Positions 46,126 to 55,648 of a DNA stretch of 64,000 nt are shown here, piece after piece. The stretch lies in assembly GCA_025361285.1 (NCBI GenBank), contig JANYAP010000068.1:2696-66695 (forward strand). The letters run 5' to 3'. This stretch comes from Bacteroidales bacterium. Lineage in GTDB: Bacteria > Bacteroidota > Bacteroidia > Bacteroidales > JAAUTT01. Within the stretch, counting starts at the first letter, position 1. Each line of letters opens with the position of its first letter. A program made the position numbers and the translations under genes. The notes under the pieces are model-generated. The model was not told where the DNA came from. It did no database searches and saw only the letters and a list, made by a program, of their open reading frames with translations.

Positions 46126-46608
46126 ATGGCAACAGTTTACCTTATATTGGGCAGTAATATGGGCAATAGGGCTGAATTACTGAATATTGCAAAAAATTGT
46201 TTGGGCGAACAGGCGGGAGTTATTACGCGTCAATCGGCTATATATGAGTCTGATCCTTGGGGATTTACACACGAAACAAAGTTTTTAAATCAAGTAATTA
46301 CAACCGAAACGTCCTTGCCACCACAATTATTGCTCGAAACAATAAAAACCATCGAAAATAATTTGGGTCGAGTGAAAGGTAAGGAGCGCTATACGGCACG
46401 TACCATCGATATCGACATATTGTTTTTCGACCGTTTAATTCTTGCATCACCCGCGTTAAACATTCCTCACCCCGAAATGCAAAATCGAAGGTTTGTATTG
46501 TTACCATTGGCAGAGTTGGCGCCTAATTTTGTGCATCCTCTATTAGGCTTAACTATATGCCAAATGCTTGCTAATTGTGGAGATAAGGGAGGTGTAACGA
46601 GATTGTAA
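46126..46608 (+). CDS. folK: 2-amino-4-hydroxy-6-hydroxymethyldihydropteridine diphosphokinase
   Basis: 'YLILGSNMGNR', 'YESDPWG', 'RTIDIDILFF' and 'PHPEMQNRRFVL.PL.E'. Confidence 0.9.
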   Translation: MATVYLILGSNMGNRAELLNIAKNCLGEQAGVITRQSAIYESDPWGFTHETKFLNQVITTETSLPPQLLLETIKTIENNLGRVKGKERYTARTIDIDILFFDRLILASPALNIPHPEMQNRRFVLLPLAELAPNFVHPLLGLTICQMLANCGDKGGVTRL

Positions 46609-46709
46609 ATAAACAGAATTATTTTTTTATATTATACCAAATTTGTTTATTTTTATTATGAAATAAATGAACCCTATTTTAATGTAATTAATTGATTTAA
46701 ACCTATTTT

Positions 46710-47387
46710 ATGAAAAAAATTATTCTTTCTTTAGTGGCACAAGCGCTGTGCGTTTTGGTTGTTCAATCGCAGGATTGCACTTACTATTTTCCTGTAAAAC
46801 AGGGTACTAGTCTGGAAATGAAGACCTATGATGCCAAGGACAAGGTAACAGGCACCATTAAACAAGTTGTAATAGGCAAAACCGAAAACTCGGTAAAGTT
46901 TAACAGTGAATTTCTCGACAAAAGCGGAAAATCCGTTTCGAAGGGCGACTACGAAGTTAAATGCCAAAATGGTGAATTTGTGGTAGATATGGGTAGTTTT
47001 ATTCGCAATATGGATATGAGTGGCTACAAAGACATGAACGTGAAGGTTGAAACCGACGACATGTCGATACCTGCAAACCCACAACCTGGGCAGCAACTTA
47101 AGAACGGCGAAGTGCGCATGAAGGTAAGCAACGAAGTAATGACACTTTTGAATATGACCATAAAAATTACAAACCGCAAAGTAGAAGGTTTTGAGGATAT
47201 TACCACACCAGCTGGCACATTTAAGTGTTTAAAAATAACCTACGACATTGAAACGAAAATGATGTTTACTTCGCGTAGCAAGGTTACGGAGTGGATTTCG
47301 CAAAAAGTAGGGTTAGTAAAAAGCGAAGCTTATAGCGAAAAAAACAAACTGTTAAGTTATACGCTTTTAACTATGTTGAAGGAATAA
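46710..47387 (+). CDS. hypothetical secreted beta-rich protein
   Basis: Signal peptide 'MKKIILSLVAQALCVLVVQSQ'. No family confidently recognised. Confidence 0.5.
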   Translation: MKKIILSLVAQALCVLVVQSQDCTYYFPVKQGTSLEMKTYDAKDKVTGTIKQVVIGKTENSVKFNSEFLDKSGKSVSKGDYEVKCQNGEFVVDMGSFIRNMDMSGYKDMNVKVETDDMSIPANPQPGQQLKNGEVRMKVSNEVMTLLNMTIKITNRKVEGFEDITTPAGTFKCLKITYDIETKMMFTSRSKVTEWISQKVGLVKSEAYSEKNKLLSYTLLTMLKE

Positions 47388-47391
47388 CCTT

Positions 47392-48636
47392 TTAATGCTG
47401 TTTAATTTTAATTGAAATAAGGTTATTATAAACATACGAAATAAAGAAAAACCAAAAGGGCATTGTAACATAAAACATTCGACGATAAGCACTTACTATA
47501 GTGCTTCCAGCAAGGTAAATTATTATAAATAAAAAAAGTATAATTAAAGCTTCAGGAAGTTTTTTATAGTAAACAATGCTAATAACAAGTGCTATAAAAA
47601 TAAACACTACTACGAACATATTAGGAATTAAGGTATAATATGTTTGTATTGTTTGTTCTTTTGAATGAGGATATGAAAACAACAAGCGACCAACATTTGC
47701 CATCCAATTAGAAAAATATTTTTTCGGATTACTTTTAATATTTACTATTGCAGCCTCTTTATACGCTTGGTCTCTTTGTAATGGATTTAACGATAAAATG
47801 CTATCCATAAATACTTTATGATTAGGGTTTTGTTGCAAATAGTCACTGTCAAACCAATCACCTAATTCGTTTTCATGAGGCGTACTCATTGTATATAACG
47901 ACATGTTGCCCGAATTTGTCCAATAAAAAAGCTTATTAGTTAAACTATAGGTGTACGTTAGCCATGGTAAGCAAAATATTAATGAAAATAAAAAAATGAA
48001 TACCGACTTTTTTGCCGAAGAACGCAACGAAGGAATAAAAAATATTAGAATTGATGCCAGAATCATCAAAGCAATCACGTATCCAAAAATCACTTTTGTC
48101 ATAGCAAGCAAGGCTATTGACAACGAAGTAAGAATGATATGTTTCCAGGAGGTGTTTTTTTGCTGATAGGTTTTTATCAATAAATAACCTATTAAGCTTA
48201 TTAAGAACCAAGTAAGGCATTCTGGCACAATTAATAACAGCATTTCAAATATTGGAAAATATAGCCCAAGAAGTACTGTAAATACGAAGGCGCTTCTTTT
48301 TGATGAAAAAATACTGAAAGTTTTGTAACTTATTATTAATGAAAAGTATAGAAGTAATCCATTTAATATCCGCAATGCTAAAAGCGAAAATTTCAGAAAC
48401 ATGAACGGGGCTATTAAAAATGGATACCCTGGTCCATTCCAAACATCGAAATTTGGCGCAGGAGGCGAATAGAAGCCATTTATTAAATTATTTGCAAACC
48501 ATAAATATCTATCTTCATCACCATCGCCAATGCCAATTCTACTGAAAAAAATGATAATTATTAGATAAAGAAATAAAAAAGGGAGCAACTTATAATATAT
48601 ATTCAACCTTGAATACCAAACGATTATATTTTTCAT
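47392..48636 (-). CDS. polytopic membrane protein, probably a GT-C (ArnT/PMT-like) glycosyltransferase
   Basis: At least 10 hydrophobic helices. The acidic first loop 'GIGDGDEDRYLWFANN' resembles the GT-C DxD/ExD loop. Lies directly downstream of a GT2-GtrA gene. Confidence 0.5.
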   Translation of the reverse strand: MKNIIVWYSRLNIYYKLLPFLFLYLIIIIFFSRIGIGDGDEDRYLWFANNLINGFYSPPAPNFDVWNGPGYPFLIAPFMFLKFSLLALRILNGLLLYFSLIISYKTFSIFSSKRSAFVFTVLLGLYFPIFEMLLLIVPECLTWFLISLIGYLLIKTYQQKNTSWKHIILTSLSIALLAMTKVIFGYVIALMILASILIFFIPSLRSSAKKSVFIFLFSLIFCLPWLTYTYSLTNKLFYWTNSGNMSLYTMSTPHENELGDWFDSDYLQQNPNHKVFMDSILSLNPLQRDQAYKEAAIVNIKSNPKKYFSNWMANVGRLLFSYPHSKEQTIQTYYTLIPNMFVVVFIFIALVISIVYYKKLPEALIILFLFIIIYLAGSTIVSAYRRMFYVTMPFWFFFISYVYNNLISIKIKQH

Positions 48637-48656
48637 GCCAAATTAAATTGATAATT

Positions 48657-49748
48657 TTACTTTTCGGAAAAAATAACATATTTTCTGACCAGAAAATTTA
48701 GAGTAAAGCCAATACCTGTTGCATATATCTTTGCTATTGCGGCACCAACACCTAATGATATAAACCCTATTGTAGAAACCATATCGATTGCTCCAATAGC
48801 CGAAACTGTTACAAAGTAAATAGCATATTCGGACCAAGTGCGCCAATATGCGTTTTTCTTAAATAACAAATGTATGCAAAGCCAATAGTTTAGAATGGCA
48901 GCACAATAAAATGCACTTATAGCCGAAACACTATTTGGCAATTGAGTTGTCAGAGCCAAAAAAATTAATAGGTTAAATACTGCAGAAACACCTCCAATAA
49001 AAAGATACACAAGGAATTGTAATGCAATTTTTGACCTGTGAGCATTATACCTAATTATGCAATATAAAGCCCGCACGGCATCCTTCCATCCAATTTTTTT
49101 CCCTTCTTCGTAAGTTCGACCATAATACGAAATGCCAACTTCGTAAATCCTTATATTTGGAATTCGTGTAATTTTTGCTGTAACCTCTGGTTCGAAGCCA
49201 AAACGTTTTTCCTTTAAATTAATTGCTTGTATTTTCTTAGTTTCAAATAACTTATAACAAGTTTCCATGTCGGTTAAGTTTAAATTAGTAAACATATTCG
49301 ACAGGGTTGTTAACATCTTATTTCCTATACTATGCCAGAAAAACAATATTCTATGTGGCCTACCACCCATAAAACGCGAACCATATACTACATCGGCAAA
49401 GCCATTAACCACGGGCTTAAGCAGGTCGTTGTATTCCTGTGGGTCGTATTCCAAATCGGCATCTTGAATAACTAGGTACTCGCCAGTAGCTTTGCTAATA
49501 CCAGTATGCAACGCCGCGCCTTTTCCCATATTAACCTCATGCTTAAAATATTGGATATTTAACGATGGGTTTTTAGCTATGTAATTTTCAATTGCGCTTT
49601 CGGTATCATCGGTTGAGTAGTCGTTAACTATAATTACCTCTTTTTCAATATTGTTAATTAAATTAACCTCTTTCACTTTGTTCAAAATAAAGTGAATTGT
49701 TCGTCCTTCGTTATAGGCGGGAATAATAATTGATAATTTCGATAACAT
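48657..49748 (-). CDS. family-2 glycosyltransferase (polyprenyl-phosphate sugar synthase type) fused to a GtrA-like membrane domain
   Basis: 'LSIIIPAYNE', 'VIIVNDYSTDDT' and 'IQDADLEYDP' are GT2 motifs. The C-terminal 4 TM helices are GtrA-like. Confidence 0.8.
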   Translation of the reverse strand: MLSKLSIIIPAYNEGRTIHFILNKVKEVNLINNIEKEVIIVNDYSTDDTESAIENYIAKNPSLNIQYFKHEVNMGKGAALHTGISKATGEYLVIQDADLEYDPQEYNDLLKPVVNGFADVVYGSRFMGGRPHRILFFWHSIGNKMLTTLSNMFTNLNLTDMETCYKLFETKKIQAINLKEKRFGFEPEVTAKITRIPNIRIYEVGISYYGRTYEEGKKIGWKDAVRALYCIIRYNAHRSKIALQFLVYLFIGGVSAVFNLLIFLALTTQLPNSVSAISAFYCAAILNYWLCIHLLFKKNAYWRTWSEYAIYFVTVSAIGAIDMVSTIGFISLGVGAAIAKIYATGIGFTLNFLVRKYVIFSEK

Positions 49749-50066
49749 AGTTTAAATTATTTTATTTTAAGAATTAATTTATATATTAAATATTTTAACG
49801 AGCCTTACCTATAATAGTTGCATGCTACCTAATAATATTTTGAGTGCCTATAATGTTTTGCTTTGCAGTAATTTAAACTGCTGGTCGATATGTTTTTTTA
49901 CTTACTAATCTAGTTTTCTTTTAGCAAAAACTTGAAATATAATAGATTTACAATACCGTATTTCCTTTTCAAGAGAAGTCTTCAAAAATACATTTTTTGT
50001 TAATAATTTATATTTAATTTCAATATATTTTAAACAATACTTAATCTAGATAAATCAGTTACCACT

Positions 50067-50101
50067 TAAAAGCAAAAGAGCCAGGGTGTTAGCCTAGCTC
50101 T
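50067..50101 (-). terminator. rho-independent terminator after pnp
   Basis: On the minus strand: stem AGAGCTAGG / CCTGGCTCT (1 mismatch), followed by TTTTGCTTTT. Confidence 0.6.
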
Positions 50102-50114
50102 TTAGTTAATTATG

Positions 50115-52349
50115 TTACTCGCTTTGTGGCGGTTGACGTTTGTGTATTTCGGGCTTTTCGTGCCTTTCGGAACGTTCTGGACGATCGGAACGCTCAGGTC
50201 TATCGGTACGTTCTGGTCGCTCAACATAACCCTCTGGTTTTGGTAATAACACCTTACGCGAAAGTTTCATTTTACCAGTTTTCTTATCAATATCGATAAG
50301 CTTAACTTCTAGTTCGTCGCCTTCTTTAATAATGCCATCGAGCGATTGTAGGTGTTTCCAATCTACTTCCGAAATATGAAGCAGACCATCTTTGCCAGGT
50401 AGAACTTCAATAAAAGCACCAAACTGAAGTATCGATTTTACTTTACCACGATAAATTTTACCAACTTCGGGCATTTCAACTATTGCGTTGATACGCGCCA
50501 AGGCTGCATCGATAGACGATTTGTTGTCGGCAAAAATATCGATAACTCCACGGCTGTCAATTTCTTCTAACACAATGGTTGCGCCAGTTACTGCTTGTAT
50601 TTCCTGAATTATCTTGCCACCTGTGCCAATAACAGCACCAATGTATTCGCGTGGTATCGAAATTTGTACAATACGTGGCGAATGCGCCTTGTAATCGGTG
50701 CGAGGCTCGGCAATACATTCGGTAATTTTGCCAAGTATGTGTAAGCGACCGGCCTTAGCTTGTTCTAGCGCTTTAGTTAATATTTCGTACGAAAGACCGT
50801 CAACTTTTATATCCATCTGCGCGGCAGTTATACCCTTAGCTGTTCCGGTAACTTTAAAGTCCATGTCGCCAAGGTGATCTTCATCGCCAAGTATATCGGA
50901 TAAAACGGCAAATTTTCCAGTTTTAGAATCGGAAATTAAGCCCATTGCAATACCCGAAACAGGAGCTTTAATATTTACGCCTGCATCCATTAGAGCAAGT
51001 GTTCCTGCGCATACGGTGGCCATCGACGACGAACCATTCGATTCCAATATGTCGGAAACAACGCGTATTGAATAAGGGTTAGCGGGAGCTTCGGGAATAA
51101 TAGCTTTTAATGCCCGGAAAGCAAGGTTTCCGTGCCCTATTTCGCGACGGCTTAAGCCACGAGGTGCTTTTGCTTCGCCAGTAGAAAATGGAGGAAAATT
51201 ATAATGTAAAACGAATTTTTCGATTCCTTTATACAATACTTCATCAACCTGTTTGGCATCGAGTTTTGTGCCTAAGGTAACCGATGTAAGCGATTGTGTT
51301 TCGCCGCGTGTAAATACTGCCGAGCCGTGGGCAGCAGGTAAATAATCAATTTCGCAAGCGATAGGGCGTATTTGGGTGGTGCTACGTCCATCGAGTCTAA
51401 TTCCCTCATCGAGAATCATATTACGCATTGCTTCTTTCTCAACATCGTGATAATAACGTATAACCAACGATTTTTTAGTTTCGCGTTCTGCTTCGGGTAA
51501 CGATTCTAAAAACTCGCTTCGAATAGCTTCGAAGGCTTCCGAACGCTCGTGTTTACCTTGTTGCGATTTCGCTACGGCGTAAACCTTATCGTAAGTAGCT
51601 TTTTTTATTACTGTACGCAAATCTTCGTCGTTAACTTCGTGACAATATGTACGTTTGGTTGTTTTCCCAACCATTTCCATAAGTTCGAGCTGCGCTTTGC
51701 AATGTTTTTTAATTTCGTCGTGAGCTACTTTCAAGGCTTCGAGCATTTCGGCTTCCGAAACTTCTTTCATTTCGCCTTCAACCATCATAATATTATCGAA
51801 AGTGGCAGCAACCATCATATCGATATCGGCCTTTGCTACTTCAGCAAAAGTGGGATTAATAACAAATTTACCATCGATACGAGCTACACGAACTTCGGAA
51901 ATTGGACCGTTAAACGGAATATCCGAAACAGCTATTGCGGCAGAAGCGGCTAAGCCAGCAAGGGCATCGGGCATAATTGTTTTGTCGGCCGAAATAAGAC
52001 TAATAGTTACAAATGTTTCGGCGTGATAATCGTCGGGAAAAAGTGGACGTAACGCTCTGTCAACTAGGCGAGAAACTAAAATTTCGTAATCCGAAGCTCT
52101 AGATTCGCGTTTCATAAAACCGCCAGGGAAACGACCTGCTGCAGAATATTTTTCCTTATATTCTACCGATAAAGGCATGAAATCGACATCTGCTTTTGCT
52201 TCGCGGGCTGTAACAACGGTAGCCAATAACATTGTTTTGCCGAATTTTAATACAACAGAACCATCGGCTTGTTTTGCAAGTTTGCCTGTTTCGAGGGTAA
52301 TAGTTCTACCATCACCAAGATCAATAGATTTTTCAAAAACCTTAAACAT
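50115..52349 (-). CDS. pnp: polyribonucleotide nucleotidyltransferase (PNPase) with an Arg/Glu-rich repeat tail
   Basis: Two RNase PH domains, a KH domain and an S1 domain ('[32 protein letters not shown]'). The tail reads '[25 protein letters not shown]'. Confidence 0.95.
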   Translation of the reverse strand: MFKVFEKSIDLGDGRTITLETGKLAKQADGSVVLKFGKTMLLATVVTAREAKADVDFMPLSVEYKEKYSAAGRFPGGFMKRESRASDYEILVSRLVDRALRPLFPDDYHAETFVTISLISADKTIMPDALAGLAASAAIAVSDIPFNGPISEVRVARIDGKFVINPTFAEVAKADIDMMVAATFDNIMMVEGEMKEVSEAEMLEALKVAHDEIKKHCKAQLELMEMVGKTTKRTYCHEVNDEDLRTVIKKATYDKVYAVAKSQQGKHERSEAFEAIRSEFLESLPEAERETKKSLVIRYYHDVEKEAMRNMILDEGIRLDGRSTTQIRPIACEIDYLPAAHGSAVFTRGETQSLTSVTLGTKLDAKQVDEVLYKGIEKFVLHYNFPPFSTGEAKAPRGLSRREIGHGNLAFRALKAIIPEAPANPYSIRVVSDILESNGSSSMATVCAGTLALMDAGVNIKAPVSGIAMGLISDSKTGKFAVLSDILGDEDHLGDMDFKVTGTAKGITAAQMDIKVDGLSYEILTKALEQAKAGRLHILGKITECIAEPRTDYKAHSPRIVQISIPREYIGAVIGTGGKIIQEIQAVTGATIVLEEIDSRGVIDIFADNKSSIDAALARINAIVEMPEVGKIYRGKVKSILQFGAFIEVLPGKDGLLHISEVDWKHLQSLDGIIKEGDELEVKLIDIDKKTGKMKLSRKVLLPKPEGYVERPERTDRPERSDRPERSERHEKPEIHKRQPPQSE

Positions 52350-52393
52350 CTTTACATTATGATATTAAATGAATATTTATGTACATATAAATA

Positions 52394-52424
52394 GAAAAAA
52401 GGCAATTCGATAAAATTGCCTTTT
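52394..52424 (-). terminator. hairpin/terminator between rpsO and pnp
   Basis: On the minus strand: stem AAGGCAATT / AATTGCCTT, followed by TTTTTTC. This matches the classic rpsO-pnp arrangement. Confidence 0.65.
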
Positions 52425-52445
52425 CAATGATAAGTACGGTTTTAA

Positions 52446-52715
52446 TTATTTACGCAAGTTAAGCGCTTTAATTATTTCGCGATATCTTTCAATATCAATA
52501 TGTTTCAGATAATCGAGCATTCTGCGACGTTTACCAACTAACTTTAAAAGAGCCAACTGTGTGCTGAAATCTTTTTTATTACTTCGTAAATGGTCGGTTA
52601 AATGATTAATCCGAAATGAAAACAACGACACTTGCGACTCGGGCGAACCTGTGTTGGTGGCTGTTTTACCGTACTGTGTAAAAAGTTCTTCTTTCTTTTC
52701 TGTTGTTAAATACAT
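52446..52715 (-). CDS. rpsO: 30S ribosomal protein S15
   Basis: The 89-aa product starting 'MYLTTEKKEELF' and containing 'GSPESQVSL...INHLTDHL..NKKD..S...LLKLVGKRR..L.YL' is typical of S15. Start taken at the second ATG. Confidence 0.9.
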   Translation of the reverse strand: MYLTTEKKEELFTQYGKTATNTGSPESQVSLFSFRINHLTDHLRSNKKDFSTQLALLKLVGKRRRMLDYLKHIDIERYREIIKALNLRK

Positions 52716-52836
52716 CTTATCAATGATTTGTAAGTTCACACTCTAATTAAGACTCGCAAAAGTAATTAGTTTTTTTAAATATTCAATATCGAACGAATAA
52801 AAAACTCTAAAACATCAGTTCATATTAAATACATAG

Positions 52837-52989
52837 TAATTAGTGTGCATCCATAATGTAAATAATAAATGGAGTTACAGGCGAAACCTTTTCTAAAATA
52901 ACATATTATAATCTTATTACTGCGCATAATCGAATACTCAATGGAAAGGTTTCGCCTGTTAGCAGTATATTACGGATGGATACTAATTA
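52837..52989. repeat. ~150-bp imperfect palindromic element in the rpsO/grpE divergent spacer
   Basis: Outer arms are TAATTAGT (52837-52844) and ACTAATTA (52982-52989). The inner arms ACAGGCGAAACCTTT (52877-52891) and AAAGGTTTCGCCTGT (52945-52959) are 15-bp perfect complements. Confidence 0.65.
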
Positions 52990-53232
52990 AGCTAGGCAAG
53001 TAAATAGGCTGAATGAAAAAGATTATTAAAACCTCCTGAAGTAATAAGTTACAATGTCAAATTGTCGGATATTTTTCAATGGCAAGCATTTTGATAAGTT
53101 CCGTAACCATTAAGAATAATATTAAATAGAAATAGGTATTAAGTATTAAGTAAAATGTAATTAATCAACGTTTTAACTATTAATTTTAGTTATCTGAGAA
53201 TAACATTTTATATATAAAAACTAAAAATAAAC

Positions 53233-53880
53233 ATGAGCAAAGGGAAAAGTTCCATATTTGGGAAAAAAGAGCAAAAGCATGAAAACATCAGCGATACAGC
53301 GGTAAATAACAATAATGCGAATTCGGGAAAAAATTCTGAAACTGAAAATATGTCAGATTCTGAATTAAATACTGCTAATATTGCAGACGACGTAGAAAAC
53401 GTAGATTCCGCAGAAGTAAAAGGCGCCACAAATAATGAGGAAGAATTGCCAGCTCAGGTTAAAGACTTACAGGACAAGTATATACGTTTGATGGCTGAGT
53501 TCGATAATTTCCGCAAACGATCGTTAAAAGAGCGTATGGAATTGTTAAAATCGGCTGGCGAAGAAACTCTTGTTAACGTTCTTCCTATTATGGACGATTT
53601 TGAGCGTGGGTTGCAAGTAATTGATAATGCTGCCGATGTAGAGTCGGTAAAATTAGGAGTAATGCTTATTTATAATAAGTTTAAGGACTTTTTAACCCAA
53701 CGTGGAGTAAAAGAAATTGAAGCCATGAAAATGGATTTTAATATAGATTTACATGAAGCTATAACTAAAATACCTGCTCCCGAAGAAGGATTGAAAGGAA
53801 AGGTTGTAGATGTGGTTCAAAAAGGTTACTGCCTTAACGACAAAGTTATTCGTTACTCCAAAGTAGTAATTGGCGAATAA
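53233..53880 (+). CDS. grpE: nucleotide exchange factor GrpE
   Basis: 'YIRLMAEFDNFRKR' and 'LPIMDDFERGL', with a low-complexity N-terminus. Confidence 0.9.
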   Translation: MSKGKSSIFGKKEQKHENISDTAVNNNNANSGKNSETENMSDSELNTANIADDVENVDSAEVKGATNNEEELPAQVKDLQDKYIRLMAEFDNFRKRSLKERMELLKSAGEETLVNVLPIMDDFERGLQVIDNAADVESVKLGVMLIYNKFKDFLTQRGVKEIEAMKMDFNIDLHEAITKIPAPEEGLKGKVVDVVQKGYCLNDKVIRYSKVVIGE

Positions 53881-53926
53881 TTATCAACAATTAATTGAAT
53901 TCTTGCAAAATTAAGAAATAACCAAA

Positions 53927-55087
53927 ATGGCCAAAGGAGATTTTTACGAAATACTTGAAGTTCAGCGCAATGCTTCGAAAGAGGAGCTTAAGAAAGCATA
54001 CCGTAAACAGGCAATTCGTTTTCACCCCGATAAAAACCAAGGGGATAAGGATGCCGAAGAAAAGTTTAAAGAAGCTGCCGAGGCTTACGAGATTTTAAGC
54101 GACGACAATAAACGTGCCCGCTACGACCAATACGGCCATGCTGGGCTAGGCGGAGCTTCAGGTGGTGGTGGTGGTTTTGGCCAAGGAATGACTGTTGATG
54201 ATATTTTCGAACATTTTGGCGATATATTTGGTGGTTTTGGTTTTGGTGGAGGTGGCGGTTCGCGGCGTGGTGGCGGTCGTAGAGTATCGAAAGGCTCAAA
54301 CATAAGAGTTAAGGTAAAACTTAACCTTCAGGAAATAGCTCAAGGCGTAGAAAAGAAACTAAAAGTTCAGAAATATGTTTCGTGTCAGCATTGTAGCGGA
54401 ACGGGTGCCGAAAAAGGCTCGGCATATAGCGACTGCAGTACATGCCGTGGTACTGGGCAGGTTACTCGCGTTACGCAAACCTTTATAGGTCAAATGCAAA
54501 CAGCATCGGTTTGCCCCAGCTGCGAAGGCGAAGGGCGTATAATTCGTGCGAAATGCACCTATTGCTATGGCGAAGGAATGACTCAGGATCAGGAAGTTGT
54601 AACTGTTAAAATACCTGGTGGTGTTGCTAATGGTATGCAAATGTCGGTTAGCGGAAAAGGCAACGCAGCCCGCCGAGGTGGTGTAAATGGCGACTTGCTG
54701 GTATTAATAGAAGAAGAAGACCATCTGGAGCTTTTTCGCGATGGCAACGATTTGATATACAACTTATACCTTAGTTTTCCCGATGCTGCTTTAGGTGCAA
54801 CAGTAGAAGTGCCAACAGTGGAAGGAAAAGTGAAAATAAAAATAGAGCCTGGCACACAGCCTGGTAAAATACTACGCTTACGTGGCAAAGGATTACCTGA
54901 GGTAAACAGCTATGCCCATGGCGATTTGCTTGTGAATATTAACGTTTGGATACCTCGAAACCTCAATAAGGACGAAAAGAAAATAGTGGAGAAATTTGCT
55001 GAATCGTCGAGCTTTACACCGAACCCCGACCGTAGCGACCGCAGTTTTTTCGATAGAATGAAAAGCTATTTCGATCAGGGAAACTAG
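53927..55087 (+). CDS. dnaJ: molecular chaperone DnaJ
   Basis: J-domain 'DFYEILEV...[13 protein letters not shown]', a G/F region, and four CxxCxGxG zinc motifs. Confidence 0.95.
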   Translation: MAKGDFYEILEVQRNASKEELKKAYRKQAIRFHPDKNQGDKDAEEKFKEAAEAYEILSDDNKRARYDQYGHAGLGGASGGGGGFGQGMTVDDIFEHFGDIFGGFGFGGGGGSRRGGGRRVSKGSNIRVKVKLNLQEIAQGVEKKLKVQKYVSCQHCSGTGAEKGSAYSDCSTCRGTGQVTRVTQTFIGQMQTASVCPSCEGEGRIIRAKCTYCYGEGMTQDQEVVTVKIPGGVANGMQMSVSGKGNAARRGGVNGDLLVLIEEEDHLELFRDGNDLIYNLYLSFPDAALGATVEVPTVEGKVKIKIEPGTQPGKILRLRGKGLPEVNSYAHGDLLVNINVWIPRNLNKDEKKIVEKFAESSSFTPNPDRSDRSFFDRMKSYFDQGN

Positions 55088-55139
55088 GCGCAAATTATAT
55101 TTAGCTGTTTATTTTAACTTATACTTTATGTATCTGAAA

Positions 55140-55177
55140 CCCAAATTGTTGAATTGTCAATAGTTTGGGCTTTTTTT
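55140..55177 (+). terminator. rho-independent terminator after dnaJ
   Basis: Stem CCCAAA...TTTGGG with extra inner pairs, followed by C and TTTTTTT. Confidence 0.6.
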
Positions 55178-55545
55178 ATAAAAAAAAACTCCAGAGATAC
55201 CTCTATCTCCGGAGAAACCCTAAAATTTACCTAAAATTAAAACTACTACCTAAAAAAACCTATGAAAAAGCGACATCACGTCGGTTTGTATCTTAAAAAA
55301 ACTACGTTTAATTTTCTATACAAATGTACATTCGAAAAATGGCACATTAATTAACTTTTTAATGATATTGCTTACCACTATTTATAGAAGTTTATCACTC
55401 ATATTTGGTGATAAATGTTACCTTTTTGTTGATTTATTTAACCATAACTTCGAAATCAACTAAAAATTAATGCAATATTTTTGTTGTGTGTTATAATATG
55501 GTTAATTCTTTTTTTTGAGGTGCTATGGAGTTATATTGCTTTATT

Positions 55546-55648
55546 AAAAACGCTTCGCTAGGCTTCTCCTTGTCAGATTTCCTCCCCCCGCCCACATTGA
55601 AGCTGCCTGCCATTCCGAACAGAGTGAGGAATCTAGCGAAGCGTTTTT
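55546..55648 (-). terminator. 16-bp perfect inverted repeat spanning the acyl-CoA ligase stop codon, with a structured 71-nt GC-rich loop
   Basis: Arms are AAAAACGCTTCGCTAG (55546-55561) and CTAGCGAAGCGTTTTT (55633-55648). On the minus strand the distal arm is followed by TTTTTAAT. Confidence 0.45.

Noticed and set aside
52740-53232. CIRCE/HrcA operator upstream of grpE-dnaJ
   Set aside because: No TTAGCACTC-N9-GAGTGCTAA-like dyad is present. Only the unrelated 150-bp palindromic element is there.
54066-54303. Pro-rich 60-aa and 77-aa minus-strand ORFs
   Set aside because: They are antisense translations of the Gly/Phe-rich linker of dnaJ.
55590-55632. 5S rRNA-like stretch 'CCTGCCATTCCGAACAGAGTGAGG' (resembles the CC(C)AU(U/A)CCGAAC(A/U)C(A/G)GAAGU region of 5S)
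   Set aside because: Only about 25 nt resemble 5S. The flanks do not resemble helices I, IV or V. The rest of a 5S gene would have to overlap the acyl-CoA ligase CDS. Treated as chance similarity or a fragment.
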